Notes: generated by a model not told the origin, from the letters alone. 64,000 nt of DNA from Candidatus Krumholzibacteriota bacterium (GCA_963764625.1 CAVXTH010000009.1:960001-1024000), one strand, 5' to 3'; shown: positions 8,146-18,411, counted from the stretch's first letter. Made by a program: numbers and translations.

Positions 8146-8883
8146 ATGTTCACTTTGCACGGTCGAAAGGCGCTCATCACCGGAGGGGGAAGTGGGATCG
8201 GCGCGGCCACCGCCCGCCAGCTCAGCCGGGCCGGCGCCTCCGTCTTTCTCGTGGGCCGTACCGAGAGTAAACTGCTCGCGGTGCAAACCGAGATCGAGAA
8301 CGAAGGACGCAGCGCGGCCATTCTATCGGCCGATCTGTACGAACCCGACGCGCCCGCCTCGATCGTACGAGAGGCGGCGGCGAGCCTGGGTGGACTCGAT
8401 CTCCTCGTGAACAACGCGGCCGTCTATCGTCCCGGCCCCGTGGCCGAGCTCGAGCTCTCTCAGTGGCAGGCGCATTTCGATTTGAACGTGCGCGCCCCGT
8501 TTCTGCTGTGCCAGGCAGCCCATCCCTGGCTTGCCGCGGCGAACGACGCCGTGGTCGTGAACGTGCTCACCAATCTCGCGCATCGCCCGGTGCCGGGGGT
8601 CGCCGCCTACAGCGCGTCCAAGGCGGCTCTGCTCTCCTTGGGACAGACTCTGGCGCTGGAATGGGCGAAGGATGGCATTCGCGTGGTCAGCGTGAGCCCG
8701 GGAGTGGTGCAGACTCCCATCCACCGGGGAGCCGACATCAGCTCCGCCGCGAAGATGCATCCGCTCGGCCGCATTGGCACCGCGGAGGAAGTGGCGGCCG
8801 CGATTCTCTTTCTCGCCACGAGCGAATCTGGCTGGACCACCGGAAGCGATCTGTGCGTCGACGGGGGATTGCATCTGGCATGA
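8146..8883 (+). CDS. Classical short-chain dehydrogenase/reductase (possible pterin/sepiapterin reductase)
   Basis: TGGGSGIG, LVNNAA, YSASK, VSPG; start 8146 (or 8128). Pterin role inferred from context only. Confidence 0.88.
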   Translation: MFTLHGRKALITGGGSGIGAATARQLSRAGASVFLVGRTESKLLAVQTEIENEGRSAAILSADLYEPDAPASIVREAAASLGGLDLLVNNAAVYRPGPVAELELSQWQAHFDLNVRAPFLLCQAAHPWLAAANDAVVVNVLTNLAHRPVPGVAAYSASKAALLSLGQTLALEWAKDGIRVVSVSPGVVQTPIHRGADISSAAKMHPLGRIGTAEEVAAAILFLATSESGWTTGSDLCVDGGLHLA

Positions 8884-9018
8884 GCGAGAGTTCCCGGCGC
8901 GCGTTCCTGCGGGTCGTGGCGGGGGCGGGCCGAGAATCATATCCTGTGAAAACTTTTGCGAATCGTCGTCAGGAAAACCCTAGTCGATCTCGGCTCCGCT
9001 CTTTGAGGAGGCTTTCTG

Positions 9019-9459
9019 TTGACTACAACGTCCCGCTTGCGAATCCTCCGGACCGTTCGCTTCTGCGCTGGGCACCGCTATCACAATCCCACTCTGAGCG
9101 AACAAGAGAATCGCGAAGTGTTCGGAGCCTGTAACAACCCCCACGGACACGGACACAACTACCGACTCGAAGTTGGCGTGGAGGGCCCGGTGGACGCGGT
9201 GACGGGGATGGTCATCAATTTGGCCGATCTGGATCGGCTTCTGCGCGAGCTCGTGGTCGAGCCCATGGATCACTCGTTTCTCAACTACGATCTGAAGTAC
9301 TTTGCCGAGGTCATTCCGAGCTGCGAGAACATCGTGTCCTATCTCTGGTCCGTCCTGGAGGAGCCCATCGAGAAACTGGGCTCCTGCCGGCTCTCGTTGA
9401 TCCGGCTATGGGAGAGCGAGGACCTCTTTGCGGAATTGGAGAAGGAGCTGGCGGGATGA
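9019..9459 (+). CDS. 6-pyruvoyl-tetrahydropterin synthase family (T-fold), PTPS-II-type motif
   Basis: CNNPHGHGHNY (CxxxxxHGH), GPVDAVTGMVINLADL, DHSFLN, SCEN; TTG start after SD GAGGAGG. Confidence 0.9.
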   Translation: MTTTSRLRILRTVRFCAGHRYHNPTLSEQENREVFGACNNPHGHGHNYRLEVGVEGPVDAVTGMVINLADLDRLLRELVVEPMDHSFLNYDLKYFAEVIPSCENIVSYLWSVLEEPIEKLGSCRLSLIRLWESEDLFAELEKELAG

Positions 9460-9846
9460 GGGTCGGAAGGGTCTACCGCTTCGAGGCCTCGCATCGTCTC
9501 CACTCGTCTTCCTTGGGCGAGCCGGAAAACGTGGAGGTCTACGGAAAATGCTCGAACGAAGGCGGTCACGGTCACAACTACGAACTCATCGTGGTCTTCG
9601 AAGGACAGCCAGATCCGACGAGCGGAATGCTCTTTGAATCGTCAGAAGGTCGATCGTCGCATCGAGGAGTGCCTGATCTCCAAGGTCGATCACCGCAACC
9701 TCGATACCGTCATCGACGAAGTGACGACGGGGGAGAATCTCGCGCTGATCTTCAGGCGTTGGCTCCTGGAGGAGTTCACCGATGGACCTCGAGTTTCGTC
9801 CGTCGAAGTCGTCGAGACCCCACGAAACCACTTCGTGGCGAGCTGA
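9456..9846 (+). CDS. Second PTPS-II-type paralog (frameshift near 9633)
   Basis: FEASHRL...GKCSNEGGHGHNY...DPTSGML, then +1 frame LNRQKVD...DHRNLD...TTGENLA...VETPRN; ATGA overlap with previous gene. Confidence 0.82.
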
Positions 9847-9928
9847 GTCCACCGCGAGCTCCGCGCAATCCGCAAAAGGGAGGTGAGCCGGAGATCGGGG
9901 TCATGCATCAGAGCTTGGAGGAATCGAA

Positions 9929-10474
9929 ATGGAAGGGCTGATCGAGAAGATGCTCGTCGAACTCGGCGAGGATCCGAGCCGCGAGGGCTTGAGGAGAACT
10001 CCTCAACGAGTTGCGGAGGCGTGGAAATTCATGTGCTCCGGCTACCAGGGCGACGTGGAGGCGGCGATGAACGATGCCATCTTCAAGTCGGAAAACCGGG
10101 AAATGGTGCTGGTGAGGGACATCGATTTCTACAGCATGTGTGAGCACCACATGCTGCCGTTTTTCGGCAAGGCCGCCATCGCGTACATCCCAGACGGCAA
10201 GATCATCGGTCTGAGCAAAATGGCGCGCATCGTCGAGATCTTCGCTCGACGGCTCCAGGTTCAGGAGCGCCTGACGACGCAGATCGCGAACGCTCTCAAC
10301 GACTACCTGCACCCTCAAGGCGTTGCGGTGGTGATCCGGGCCCAGCACCTGTGCATGATGATGCGCGGGGTGGAAAAACAGAATTCGATGGCGATCACCA
10401 GCGAAATGCTCGGGGCCTTCCGCAACCGGGCCGCGACCCGGGCCGAGGTGTTGAGCTTGCTTCACAGCTTCTGA
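9929..10474 (+). CDS. folE: GTP cyclohydrolase I
   Basis: [41 protein letters not shown]. Confidence 0.97.
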   Translation: MEGLIEKMLVELGEDPSREGLRRTPQRVAEAWKFMCSGYQGDVEAAMNDAIFKSENREMVLVRDIDFYSMCEHHMLPFFGKAAIAYIPDGKIIGLSKMARIVEIFARRLQVQERLTTQIANALNDYLHPQGVAVVIRAQHLCMMMRGVEKQNSMAITSEMLGAFRNRAATRAEVLSLLHSF

Positions 10475-10487
10475 GAGTGAGGTCCAA

Positions 10488-10518
10488 GGGCGCGAGGCTG
10501 GTTTGCCCTCGAGCGCCC
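10488..10518. terminator. GC-rich hairpin between convergent folE and trxB
   Basis: GGGCGC-GAGG...CCTCGA-GCGCCC imperfect inverted repeat; no U-tract. Confidence 0.35.
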
Positions 10519-10522
10519 GGAA

Positions 10523-11455
10523 TCACTCGATTCCCTGCTCGCCCAGCCAGCGTTCCGCGCGGATGGCGGCCTGGCAGCCGCTTCCCGCCGCCGTGACCGC
10601 CTGGCGGTAGTAGTGGTCCTGGACATCGCCGGCAGCGAAGACTCCCTCCACGTTTGTGAGAACCTCGTCGTGGGTCTTGATGTACCCGTGCTCGTCGAGC
10701 TCGAGCTGTCCCTCGAAGATCTTCGTGTTGGGCACGTGCCCGATGGCGAGGAAGAAGCCCCCGCATTCGATGGTGGATTCCTCGCCGGTCTGGGTGTCCT
10801 CCACGCGCACCCCCTCGACTCTCTCGTCGCCCAGGACCCCGGTGACCACCTTGTTCCACGCCACTTCGATCTTCTTGTTGGCGAGCGCGCGATCTTGCAT
10901 GACTTTCGAGGCGCGGAGGTGGTCCCGCCGGTGGACGATGATCACCTTGCTCGCGAACTTCGTGAGGAAGAGAGCCTCCTCCATCGCGGTATCTCCACCA
11001 CCCACGATGGTGACGACCTTGTCCTTGAAGAAGAAACCATCGCAGGTGGCACACGCACTGACTCCGTGACCTCGAAGTCTCGTTTCGTTCTTCAGTCCCA
11101 ACCAGCGTGCGGAACTCCCGGTGGAGACGACGAGCGAATGCGCCACATGTTCGCTACCGTCGTCCACGGTGATCCTGAATGGTCGCTTGGAGAGGTCGAC
11201 CGAGGTCACGCTCTTGAACTCACACTCCGCTCCGAAGCGCTGGGCTTGGCTGCGGAACAGGTCCATGAGCGCGGGGCCCTGAATCCCCTCGGGGAAGCCG
11301 GGGAAGTTCTCCACCTCGGTGGTGATCGTGAGCTGTCCCCCCGGCTGTTCGCCTTCAAAGACCTGTGGATTCAAGTTCGCGCGGGAGAGATAGAGGGCGG
11401 CCGTGAGACCGGCCGGCCCCGACCCGATGACGATGCTCTTGCGAATCTCGCTCAT
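10523..11455 (-). CDS. trxB: Thioredoxin-disulfide reductase
   Basis: [58 protein letters not shown]. Confidence 0.97.
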   Translation of the reverse strand: MSEIRKSIVIGSGPAGLTAALYLSRANLNPQVFEGEQPGGQLTITTEVENFPGFPEGIQGPALMDLFRSQAQRFGAECEFKSVTSVDLSKRPFRITVDDGSEHVAHSLVVSTGSSARWLGLKNETRLRGHGVSACATCDGFFFKDKVVTIVGGGDTAMEEALFLTKFASKVIIVHRRDHLRASKVMQDRALANKKIEVAWNKVVTGVLGDERVEGVRVEDTQTGEESTIECGGFFLAIGHVPNTKIFEGQLELDEHGYIKTHDEVLTNVEGVFAAGDVQDHYYRQAVTAAGSGCQAAIRAERWLGEQGIE

Positions 11456-11592
11456 GGATTCCCTTTCTGCGTTCGAGGGCCAAGCGGCCCAAACGAGGAG
11501 GAATCGGGCCCGAGAAAGAGGCGCCAGACCCCTCGACCGAACAAGTACTAAGCCCGGGGGAGGGCTTTGGCAAGCCGCCCGGAGCAGCGCCC

Positions 11593-11621
11593 TTGACGAG
11601 CAGGGGCGCCATTGATACCTT
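11593..11621 (+). promoter_or_regulatory. sigma70 promoter of rplU-rpmA
   Basis: TTGACG, 17 bp, TACCTT with extended -10 TG. Confidence 0.6.
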
Positions 11622-11726
11622 TCGGGGTCTGTGCAGAGCACCGCTTCGGGGGTTCCGCCGGGGTCTTGCATGAAAAGCGGTTGGAACGCGCGAAAAGAGC
11701 GCAATCGAAACAAGTAGGGTGTGATC

Positions 11727-12041
11727 ATGTCTCAGTCCGCCGTAGTCCGGATCGCGGATGTCCAGTTCCGAGTGAGTGAAAACGACATCATCCGGGTGCC
11801 CCTGATGGAAGCCGAAGTGGGGGCGAAGCTGGAGTTCGACCAGGTCCTGTTGATCGGCGGTGAGGAGGTCCAGGTGGGCCTACCCTTGGTCGAGGGCGCG
11901 AAGGTCATGGCGGAAGTCGTCGGCCAGGGCAAGGAAGAGAAAGTCCTCGTCTTCAAGAAGAAGCGGCGCAAGAACTACCAGAGAATGCAGGGCCACCGTC
12001 AGCTCTACACCGCCCTCAAGATCACCGGCATCCAAGGCTAA
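11727..12041 (+). CDS. rplU: 50S ribosomal protein L21
   Basis: [26 protein letters not shown]. Confidence 0.96.
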   Translation: MSQSAVVRIADVQFRVSENDIIRVPLMEAEVGAKLEFDQVLLIGGEEVQVGLPLVEGAKVMAEVVGQGKEEKVLVFKKKRRKNYQRMQGHRQLYTALKITGIQG

Positions 12042-12053
12042 GGAGAGAACACA

Positions 12054-12311
12054 ATGGCTCACAAGAAGGGTGTCGGCTCCAGCCGCAACGGACGCGACAG
12101 CAACGCGCAGCATCGCGGGGTGAAAGCCTACGGCGGCCAGCAGGTCAGCGCGGGCAGCATCCTCGTTCGCCAACTGGGCACCAAGATCCACGCTGGAACC
12201 AACGTGGGTACGGGCAAGGACTATACCCTCTACGCCAAGGTCGATGGCCAAGTGCAGTACGAGGAGTGGGGCAAGGGCCGCAAGCGGGTCAACATTCTCA
12301 CGGTCAACTGA
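12054..12311 (+). CDS. rpmA: 50S ribosomal protein L27
   Basis: [16 protein letters not shown]. Confidence 0.98.
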   Translation: MAHKKGVGSSRNGRDSNAQHRGVKAYGGQQVSAGSILVRQLGTKIHAGTNVGTGKDYTLYAKVDGQVQYEEWGKGRKRVNILTVN

Positions 12312-12337
12312 GGCCGCAATGCCCAATGATTCTCCGA

Positions 12338-12374
12338 GCGCCCACCTCCCAGCCGGGGGGTGGGCGTCTCTGTT
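12338..12374 (+). terminator. Probable terminator after rpmA
   Basis: 13-bp stem GCGCCCACCTCCC/GGGGGGTGGGCGT, loop AGCC, weak U tail. Confidence 0.5.
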
Positions 12375-12437
12375 GACAAAGCGATCACGCGCGGGTCTAA
12401 GTAGGATGAAGAGCAGCCCCGAACTCGAGGATCCCAA

Positions 12438-13283
12438 ATGACGCAACCCGTGACCCGAATCGCGAAGGATCAAGTCGTGGCGGTGATCCCGGCTCGCTAC
12501 CAGAGTTCGCGCTTCCCGGGCAAGCCGCTGGCGCTCTTGGCGGGGAGGCCCCTCGTGTCGCACGTCGTCGCAATGGCCCTGAAAGCAAAGCGCGTGGGCC
12601 AAGTCATCGTGGCGTCCGACCATGTGGAGATCGCTCGGGCCGCGCGGGAGGCGGGCGCTCTGGCGGTGCTCACCCGAGAAGATCACGCGAGCGGAAGCGA
12701 TCGCATCGGCGAGGTGATTCAGGCGCGCGAGGAGACGGTGGTTCTGAACATCCAGGGAGACGAACCCCTGATCCCACCGTCAGCCATCGATCGACTCGTG
12801 GAGCTTCTCGAGGAGAATCCCGAAGCGGCCGTGAGTAGCTTGGCTTCCCCTCTGGCGCGCTTCAGCGAGGACTATTTCGATCCCAACGTGGTGAAAGTCG
12901 TCCGAGACGCGCGCGGCTTTGCTCTCTATTTCTCGCGAGCCCCCATTCCCGGTCACCGGGCGGACCAAGCGGCGGGCCCCTCGCCCTCGGGCGAGGACGC
13001 ACTCCGGCACGTGGGTCTCTACGGATTTCGTCGGCAGGCTCTTCTGGATTTCCTCGGCCGCGCGCCCGGCCGGCTGGAGAAAGCCGAGAACCTGGAGCAG
13101 CTCCGCTTTCTGGAAAACGGCGAGAGGATCATCGTGGGCGTGATCGAAGCGATCCCGCCGGGCGTCGATACCCCGCGCGATCTCGAGCGGATTCAGGGGC
13201 GATTCACGGCGAACGAAGGGCACGGCGGGGATCCTTCGGCCGGTTCTTCCCCGCCAGGCAAAGATGGGGTAGGGTCGGGCTGA
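12438..13283 (+). CDS. kdsB: 3-deoxy-manno-octulosonate cytidylyltransferase
   Basis: IPARYQSSRFPGKPL, NIQGDEP, DPNVVKVV, ALYFSRAPIP, LEQLR. Confidence 0.96.
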   Translation: MTQPVTRIAKDQVVAVIPARYQSSRFPGKPLALLAGRPLVSHVVAMALKAKRVGQVIVASDHVEIARAAREAGALAVLTREDHASGSDRIGEVIQAREETVVLNIQGDEPLIPPSAIDRLVELLEENPEAAVSSLASPLARFSEDYFDPNVVKVVRDARGFALYFSRAPIPGHRADQAAGPSPSGEDALRHVGLYGFRRQALLDFLGRAPGRLEKAENLEQLRFLENGERIIVGVIEAIPPGVDTPRDLERIQGRFTANEGHGGDPSAGSSPPGKDGVGSG

Positions 13284-13307
13284 GTTCGCAACCTCAAGGA
13301 GGATACG

Positions 13308-14988
13308 GTGGACGGTAGACACACCCGCTACATTTTCGTGACCGGAGGAGTCGTCTCGAGTCTGGGCAAGGGAATCGCCACCGCTTCCTTGGGTAAGCTC
13401 CTGAAAGCGCGTGGGCTCAACGTGGTGCTGCAGAAATTCGATCCCTATCTCAATCTGGATCCGGGCACGATGAGCCCGTTTCAACACGGCGAAGTGTACG
13501 TCACCGACGATGGCGCCGAGACCGACCTTGATCTCGGCCACTACGAGCGCTTCATCGACCGCAGTCTGAGACGCATTCACAACGTTACCAGCGGTCAGAT
13601 CTACGACGCCATTCTCAACCGCGAACGCAAGGGCGAATACCTGGGCCGCACGGTGCAGGTCGTTCCCCACGTCACCGACGAAGTCAAACACCGCATCAAG
13701 CTCACTGCGCTTCCCCAGAGCAAGGATGATCGACCGGTCGACGTGGTGATCACCGAGATCGGCGGTACCATCGGCGACATCGAAGGCCAACCTTTTTTGG
13801 AGGCTCTTCGCCAGCTCAGGTTGGAATTGGGGGAGCGCCGCTGCCTCTTTCCTTCACCTCACCCTGGTTCCTCACATCGCCACGGCCGGGGAGTTCAAGA
13901 CCAAGCCGACGCAGCATTCAGTGCGTGAGCTGAGGGGAATCGGGATCCAACCGGACTTCCTCATCTGCCGGGCGGAACGCGCCCTCCCCGAGGCGGAGAA
14001 GAAGAAGATCGCACTCTTCTGCAACGTGGCCGAGAGCCACGTCATCGACGCACCCGATGCGGAATCCATCTACCAGATTCCGCTCTCCTTCGAGGCCCAG
14101 GGAATGGCGGATCGAATCTGCGAGCGCCTGGGGTTCCCACAGACCGTCCCCGACCTGACCGCCTGGCGTCAGATGGTCGAGAAGGTCCTCCACCCGAAAG
14201 GCACGGTGCGTATCGCGGTGGTGGGCAAGTACACCGGTTTGAAGGACTCGTACAAGAGTATCATCGAGGCGTTCATTCACGCCGGAGTGCCCCACTCCGT
14301 TCGCGTCGAGCTGGAATGGGTGCCGGCGGAGGACGTGGCCGATGACGGCGCCGCAGTGCATTTGGGCAAAGTGGACGGGCTGCTCATCCCGGGAGGATTC
14401 GGCGAGCGAGGGACCGAGGGAAAGATCGCCGCGGTGCGCTTCGCGCGCGAGAACGAATTGCCCTATCTGGGCATCTGTCTGGGACTGCAGATCGCAATCG
14501 TCGAATTCGCGCGCTCGGTCCTGGGTCTCAGCAAAGCCAACTCCACCGAATTCGATCCCGATTCTTGTGATCCGGTCATCGCCTTGCTCAGCGAGCAAGA
14601 GGGGGTGGAAGATCTCGGCGGAACCATGCGCTTGGGCTCGTACCCCTGCCAGCTCAAGGAGGGGACGATCGCGCATCAGCTCTACTCGGACCTCGCGATC
14701 CACGAACGGCATCGGCACCGCTACGAGGTGAACAACAACTACCGCTCCCGCCTTCAGGCCAAGGGCATGGTGTTCAGTGGGCTCTCGCCCGATGGATCCC
14801 TGGTGGAGATCATCGAACTGGCAAGTCATCCTTTCTTCGTGGGAGTGCAGTTCCATCCCGAACTGAAGAGCCGTCCGGAGCGGCCGCATCCGCTATTCCT
14901 GGGGCTGGTGGCCGCCGCACTGAAGCACGCCAAGGAGAACGACCGCCCAGCGGATTCCGCGCAATCCATGCACCGGGAAGAGGCCTGA
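13308..14988 (+). CDS. pyrG: CTP synthase (frameshift near 13850)
   Basis: [24 protein letters not shown]; +1 frame continues LHLTLVP...[31 protein letters not shown]. Confidence 0.95.
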
Positions 14989-14989
14989 G

Positions 14990-15832
14990 GTGGTAGCCGC
15001 GCGCAGCTTCAAGATCTCGAGAGTCGCGGTGGGGGCGGAGGCTCCACTCCTTCTCATTGCCGGCCCCTGCGTGCTGGAGAACCCCGACGAAATGCTCGAG
15101 ACCGCATCGTATCTGGCGCGGCTCGCGGAGCGTCTGGGCTTGGGCTACGTGTTCAAGTCGAGCTATCTGAAGGATAATCGTACCCGCGGCGAGAGTCCTC
15201 GTGGACCTGGATCGCAAGAGGGCCTGCAGCTTTTGTCCCGCATCCGGTCGGAAGTGGGATGCCCCGTCCTCACCGACGTCCATGCCACGGAGGAGATCGA
15301 AGAAGCGGTCGAGGCCGGCATCGACGTTTTGCAAATACCCGCGTTCCTGTGCCGGCAGAGTCGGCTCCTGGAAGCGGCGGGGCGCAGCGGACGGGCGGTC
15401 AACGTGAAGAAGGGACAATTTCTCGCCCCGGAAGATCTCGAACATCTGAGCGCCAAGATCACCTCCGCGGGAGGTGAGCGGATCCTATTGACCGAACGCG
15501 GCACCAGTTTTGGCTATCACGATCTCGTGGTGGATTTCCGTGGCTTCGCGTTCGCCCACGCGCTGGGTTGGCCCTGGGTGTTCGATCTCACGCACTCGCT
15601 GCAACGTCCCAGCGCGCAGGGATCCACCAGTGGCGGCACTCCCGCCCTCGCGCCCATGATGGCGCGCGCCGCGGTGGCGGCCGGGATCGACGGCCTCTTC
15701 CTGGAGGCGCACCCCGAGCCGGCCCGAGCGCTCTCGGACGCCTCGACCCAGCTTCCCCTGGAAAGCCTGCAGGACTGGCTGCCGCTGGCGGTGGATCTGC
15801 ACCAGCGGGTGCGGGAGGCGCGCGCGCGATGA
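14990..15832 (+). CDS. kdsA: KDO 8-phosphate synthase
   Basis: IAGPCV, LTDVH, QIPAFLCRQ, VKKGQF, ERG, FDLTHSLQ. Confidence 0.95.
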   Translation: MVAARSFKISRVAVGAEAPLLLIAGPCVLENPDEMLETASYLARLAERLGLGYVFKSSYLKDNRTRGESPRGPGSQEGLQLLSRIRSEVGCPVLTDVHATEEIEEAVEAGIDVLQIPAFLCRQSRLLEAAGRSGRAVNVKKGQFLAPEDLEHLSAKITSAGGERILLTERGTSFGYHDLVVDFRGFAFAHALGWPWVFDLTHSLQRPSAQGSTSGGTPALAPMMARAAVAAGIDGLFLEAHPEPARALSDASTQLPLESLQDWLPLAVDLHQRVREARAR

Positions 15833-16410
15833 ACACTCCGGCGCAGCAGAGCCTCTGGGAGAGGGCCAAGCTGATCGAGGCCCTCATTCTGGACGTCGAC
15901 GGAGTCCTAACCGACGGGCAGCTCTATTACGGGGAGGCGGGAGAATCGCTGCGCGCGTTCAGCGTGCGTGACGGCCTCGGCCTGGCCTTGCTCACCGAGG
16001 CGGGATATCGTGTCGGCATCATCAGCGGACGCGAGAGCGCTACGGTGCGCTCGCGAGCGCGAGAACTCGCGATCGACCCGGTGCTCCTGGGCCAGAACGA
16101 CAAGGCTGCCGCACTCGAGGAGGTGCTTCGCGCCTGGAATCTGCCCGCGAGCAAGGTCGCGGCCATGGGGGATGACATCCTGGATGCTCCCCTGCTCTCC
16201 CGCGTAGGCGTGAGCCTGTCTCCTCGCGACGCGCAGGAGGAAATTCTCGCCCGGGTCGATCTCGTCACGCGCGCGGCCGGAGGGAAGGGAGCGGTGCGCG
16301 AGGCGTGCGAGTGGCTCTTGAGAGCCAGTGGCCGCTGGGATCCAATCCTAAGACGTCTCTCCCTCCATGAGGACCAATCGTGGAAAACGCCACCAACCAC
16401 CACCGTCTGA
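15829..16410 (+). CDS. kdsC: KDO 8-phosphate phosphatase (HAD)
   Basis: LDVDGVLTDG, RDGLG, MGDD, GGKGAVRE. Confidence 0.94.
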   Translation: MNTPAQQSLWERAKLIEALILDVDGVLTDGQLYYGEAGESLRAFSVRDGLGLALLTEAGYRVGIISGRESATVRSRARELAIDPVLLGQNDKAAALEEVLRAWNLPASKVAAMGDDILDAPLLSRVGVSLSPRDAQEEILARVDLVTRAAGGKGAVREACEWLLRASGRWDPILRRLSLHEDQSWKTPPTTTV

Positions 16411-17438
16411 CCCCGGCGCGGGCGGACCTGCACAAGGCGGCGCAGACCCCCGACGAGGAAGTGCTCGCCATGGGACACGCCGTGTTCGACGAAGAGGCGC
16501 GCGCGCTCCAGGCAACGGGTTCGCGCCTTTCGTCCAGCTTCGCGGCCGCAGTGCGGCGCATCCTGGAATGCCAGGGTCGGGTGTTGGTCACGGGATTGGG
16601 CAAGAGCGGGTTGGTGGGTCGTAAACTGGCCGCCACCTTCACCAGCACGGGAACCCCCGCGCTCTTCGTCCATCCAGTGGAGGCGCTGCACGGCGATCTG
16701 GGGATCGCGAGCGAGAACGACCTGGTACTGGCCGTCTCCCGCAGCGGCCACAATCCCGAGCTCCTGACCATGGTGTACTCCCTCAGGGCGCTGGGACTGA
16801 GCTCGATTGCCATGACCGGAGTGCCCGATTCCCCCTTGGGGAAGGCGGTGGAGATCGTCCTGGACACCGCGGTGGAGCGCGAAGTCTGTCCCCTGAACCT
16901 GACCCCCACCACCAGCTCGACTGCGGCCATGGTCATGGGGGATGCCCTCACGGTGGCCCTCTTGCGCTTGCGGGCCTTCAAGCGGGAGGACTTCGCGGTC
17001 TTCCATCCCAGCGGAAGTCTAGGCCGTACCCTGAGTCTGACGGTGGGAGAGCTCATGCACACCGATGAGGAACTCCCGGTGGTGCGGCAGGACCAGCCCC
17101 TGCGTGACGCACTGCTCGTCATCGCCAGCAAGCGGTTGGGGTGCAGCTGTGTCATCGACGAGGAGGGGAAGCTGAGCGGCTTCCTCACCAACGGAGATCT
17201 CCAGCGGGTGCTCCTCAACCACACCAGCCCCACCGACGATCCGCTGGGGCAACCGGTGGCGAAATTCATGAGCACGAATCCGCGCACCGTCGAGGCCGCC
17301 TGCCTGGCCCGGGCGGCCCTGAAGAAGATGGAACAGAATCCCAGTGGGCCGATCACGCAGCTGGTGGTGATCGAGGGGGAGCGCCCGGTGGGGCTGCTTC
17401 ACCTCCACGATATTCTGCAACAGGGACTCTCTGGATAG
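16380..17438 (+). CDS. kdsD: Arabinose 5-phosphate isomerase (SIS + CBS, KpsF/GutQ)
   Basis: GLGKSG, HPVEALHGDLG, CPLNLTPTTS, FHPSGSLG, tandem CBS domains. Confidence 0.94.
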   Translation: MENATNHHRLTPARADLHKAAQTPDEEVLAMGHAVFDEEARALQATGSRLSSSFAAAVRRILECQGRVLVTGLGKSGLVGRKLAATFTSTGTPALFVHPVEALHGDLGIASENDLVLAVSRSGHNPELLTMVYSLRALGLSSIAMTGVPDSPLGKAVEIVLDTAVEREVCPLNLTPTTSSTAAMVMGDALTVALLRLRAFKREDFAVFHPSGSLGRTLSLTVGELMHTDEELPVVRQDQPLRDALLVIASKRLGCSCVIDEEGKLSGFLTNGDLQRVLLNHTSPTDDPLGQPVAKFMSTNPRTVEAACLARAALKKMEQNPSGPITQLVVIEGERPVGLLHLHDILQQGLSG

Positions 17439-17440
17439 TC

Positions 17441-17456
17441 TGGCACCATCCTTGCT
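17441..17456 (+). promoter_or_regulatory. Consensus sigma54 site overlapping a sigma70 -35 box
   Basis: TGGCAC-CATCC-TTGCT (17441-17456) runs directly into TTGACA (17456-17461). Confidence 0.7.
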
Positions 17457-17490
17457 TGACACGCGCCCTCCCTCGACGTATCCAATCACT

Positions 17491-18411
17491 ATGGTTTCGG
17501 GCTCTTCACGGGATCTCCGCGACATGCCGGGCCGCAATCGCCGGCTGAGAATGGCCCGCCGCTACGCGTTCTATGCTTCGGTCCGAAGCCTGGCGTGGTT
17601 GCTGCGCCAGTGCCCTCGCACGGTGGCGGTGGGGTTCATGGAGAGTCTCGGGCTTCTGGCCTTCTCTTGTCGCCGCGGCGATCGGAAGATCGCGCTTGCG
17701 CAGCTCGCGTACGCCTTTCCCACCTGGGACGAGGAGACGCGCTTGCAGGCGGCGCGCGCGAGTTTCGTGTTCTTCGGCCGCAATTTGGTGGACTCGGTGC
17801 GCGGGCAGGCCCGAGTGAGGATCGCCCCCGCCGACGAGGAGCGCTTGGCGGGGGTCCAAGAAACCGGCGATCCTGTACTCGTGCTGAGCTTGCACCTGGG
17901 GAGCTGGGAACTCCTGGGCCGGTGGCTGACCGAACGCTTACCCGCCATGGGAGTCGTGACGGCGAATCCCCACAATCACTGGGTCGACGCCTGGCTCGTA
18001 CGGGAACGCGCCGCCTTCGGTCTGCGTAGTTTCGATCGTCGCCGGCATGCGTTGGAAGCGGCACGCTGGCTCAAAAGAGGAGGGTCTCTGGCGGTCATGG
18101 CGGATCATCGCAGCCAGGTGAGCAGCGTGCCCGCGCCGTTCTTCGGGCGATTGGCGCCGACCGCGGTGGGGCCCGGCCGATTGGCGCGGCGCAGCCGAGC
18201 GCGAATCCTGCCGGTGGGTCTGAGGCACGACGGCAAGGAGCACTGGGTGCTGGTGGGAGATGAGGTTCAGTGGGCGGACACACAAGACGATCGCGTCTTG
18301 ACCGCACGGTGTAATGCAGCACTCGAGGCGCTCATTCGGCGCGCGCCTCGTCAATGGACCTGGTTCCACGAACGCTATGGCGAAACGGTGGCTTCGGGGA
18401 TGAACTCATGA
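17491..18411 (+). CDS. Lipid A late acyltransferase (LpxL/HtrB family); start uncertain (17491, 17524 or 17551)
   Basis: LHLGSWE, MADH, PFFG, PRQWTWFHERY; within the Kdo/Lpt operon. Confidence 0.85.
   Translation: MVSGSSRDLRDMPGRNRRLRMARRYAFYASVRSLAWLLRQCPRTVAVGFMESLGLLAFSCRRGDRKIALAQLAYAFPTWDEETRLQAARASFVFFGRNLVDSVRGQARVRIAPADEERLAGVQETGDPVLVLSLHLGSWELLGRWLTERLPAMGVVTANPHNHWVDAWLVRERAAFGLRSFDRRRHALEAARWLKRGGSLAVMADHRSQVSSVPAPFFGRLAPTAVGPGRLARRSRARILPVGLRHDGKEHWVLVGDEVQWADTQDDRVLTARCNAALEALIRRAPRQWTWFHERYGETVASGMNS

Noticed and set aside
7797-8270. ORFs 7797-8270 (+) and 7808-8089 (-) across the purN-SDR gap
   Set aside because: Gly/Pro/Ser-rich with no motif, overlapping real genes; the RNA structure explains the region better.
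12373-12407. TTGACA upstream of kdsB as a promoter
   Set aside because: No good -10 box at 16-18 bp spacing; overlaps the tail of the rpmA hairpin.
13308-14988. pyrG, purN, sprA and actB as true pseudogenes
   Set aside because: Isolated 1-nt indels, often in short homopolymers, with fully conserved flanks; sequencing error is more likely.
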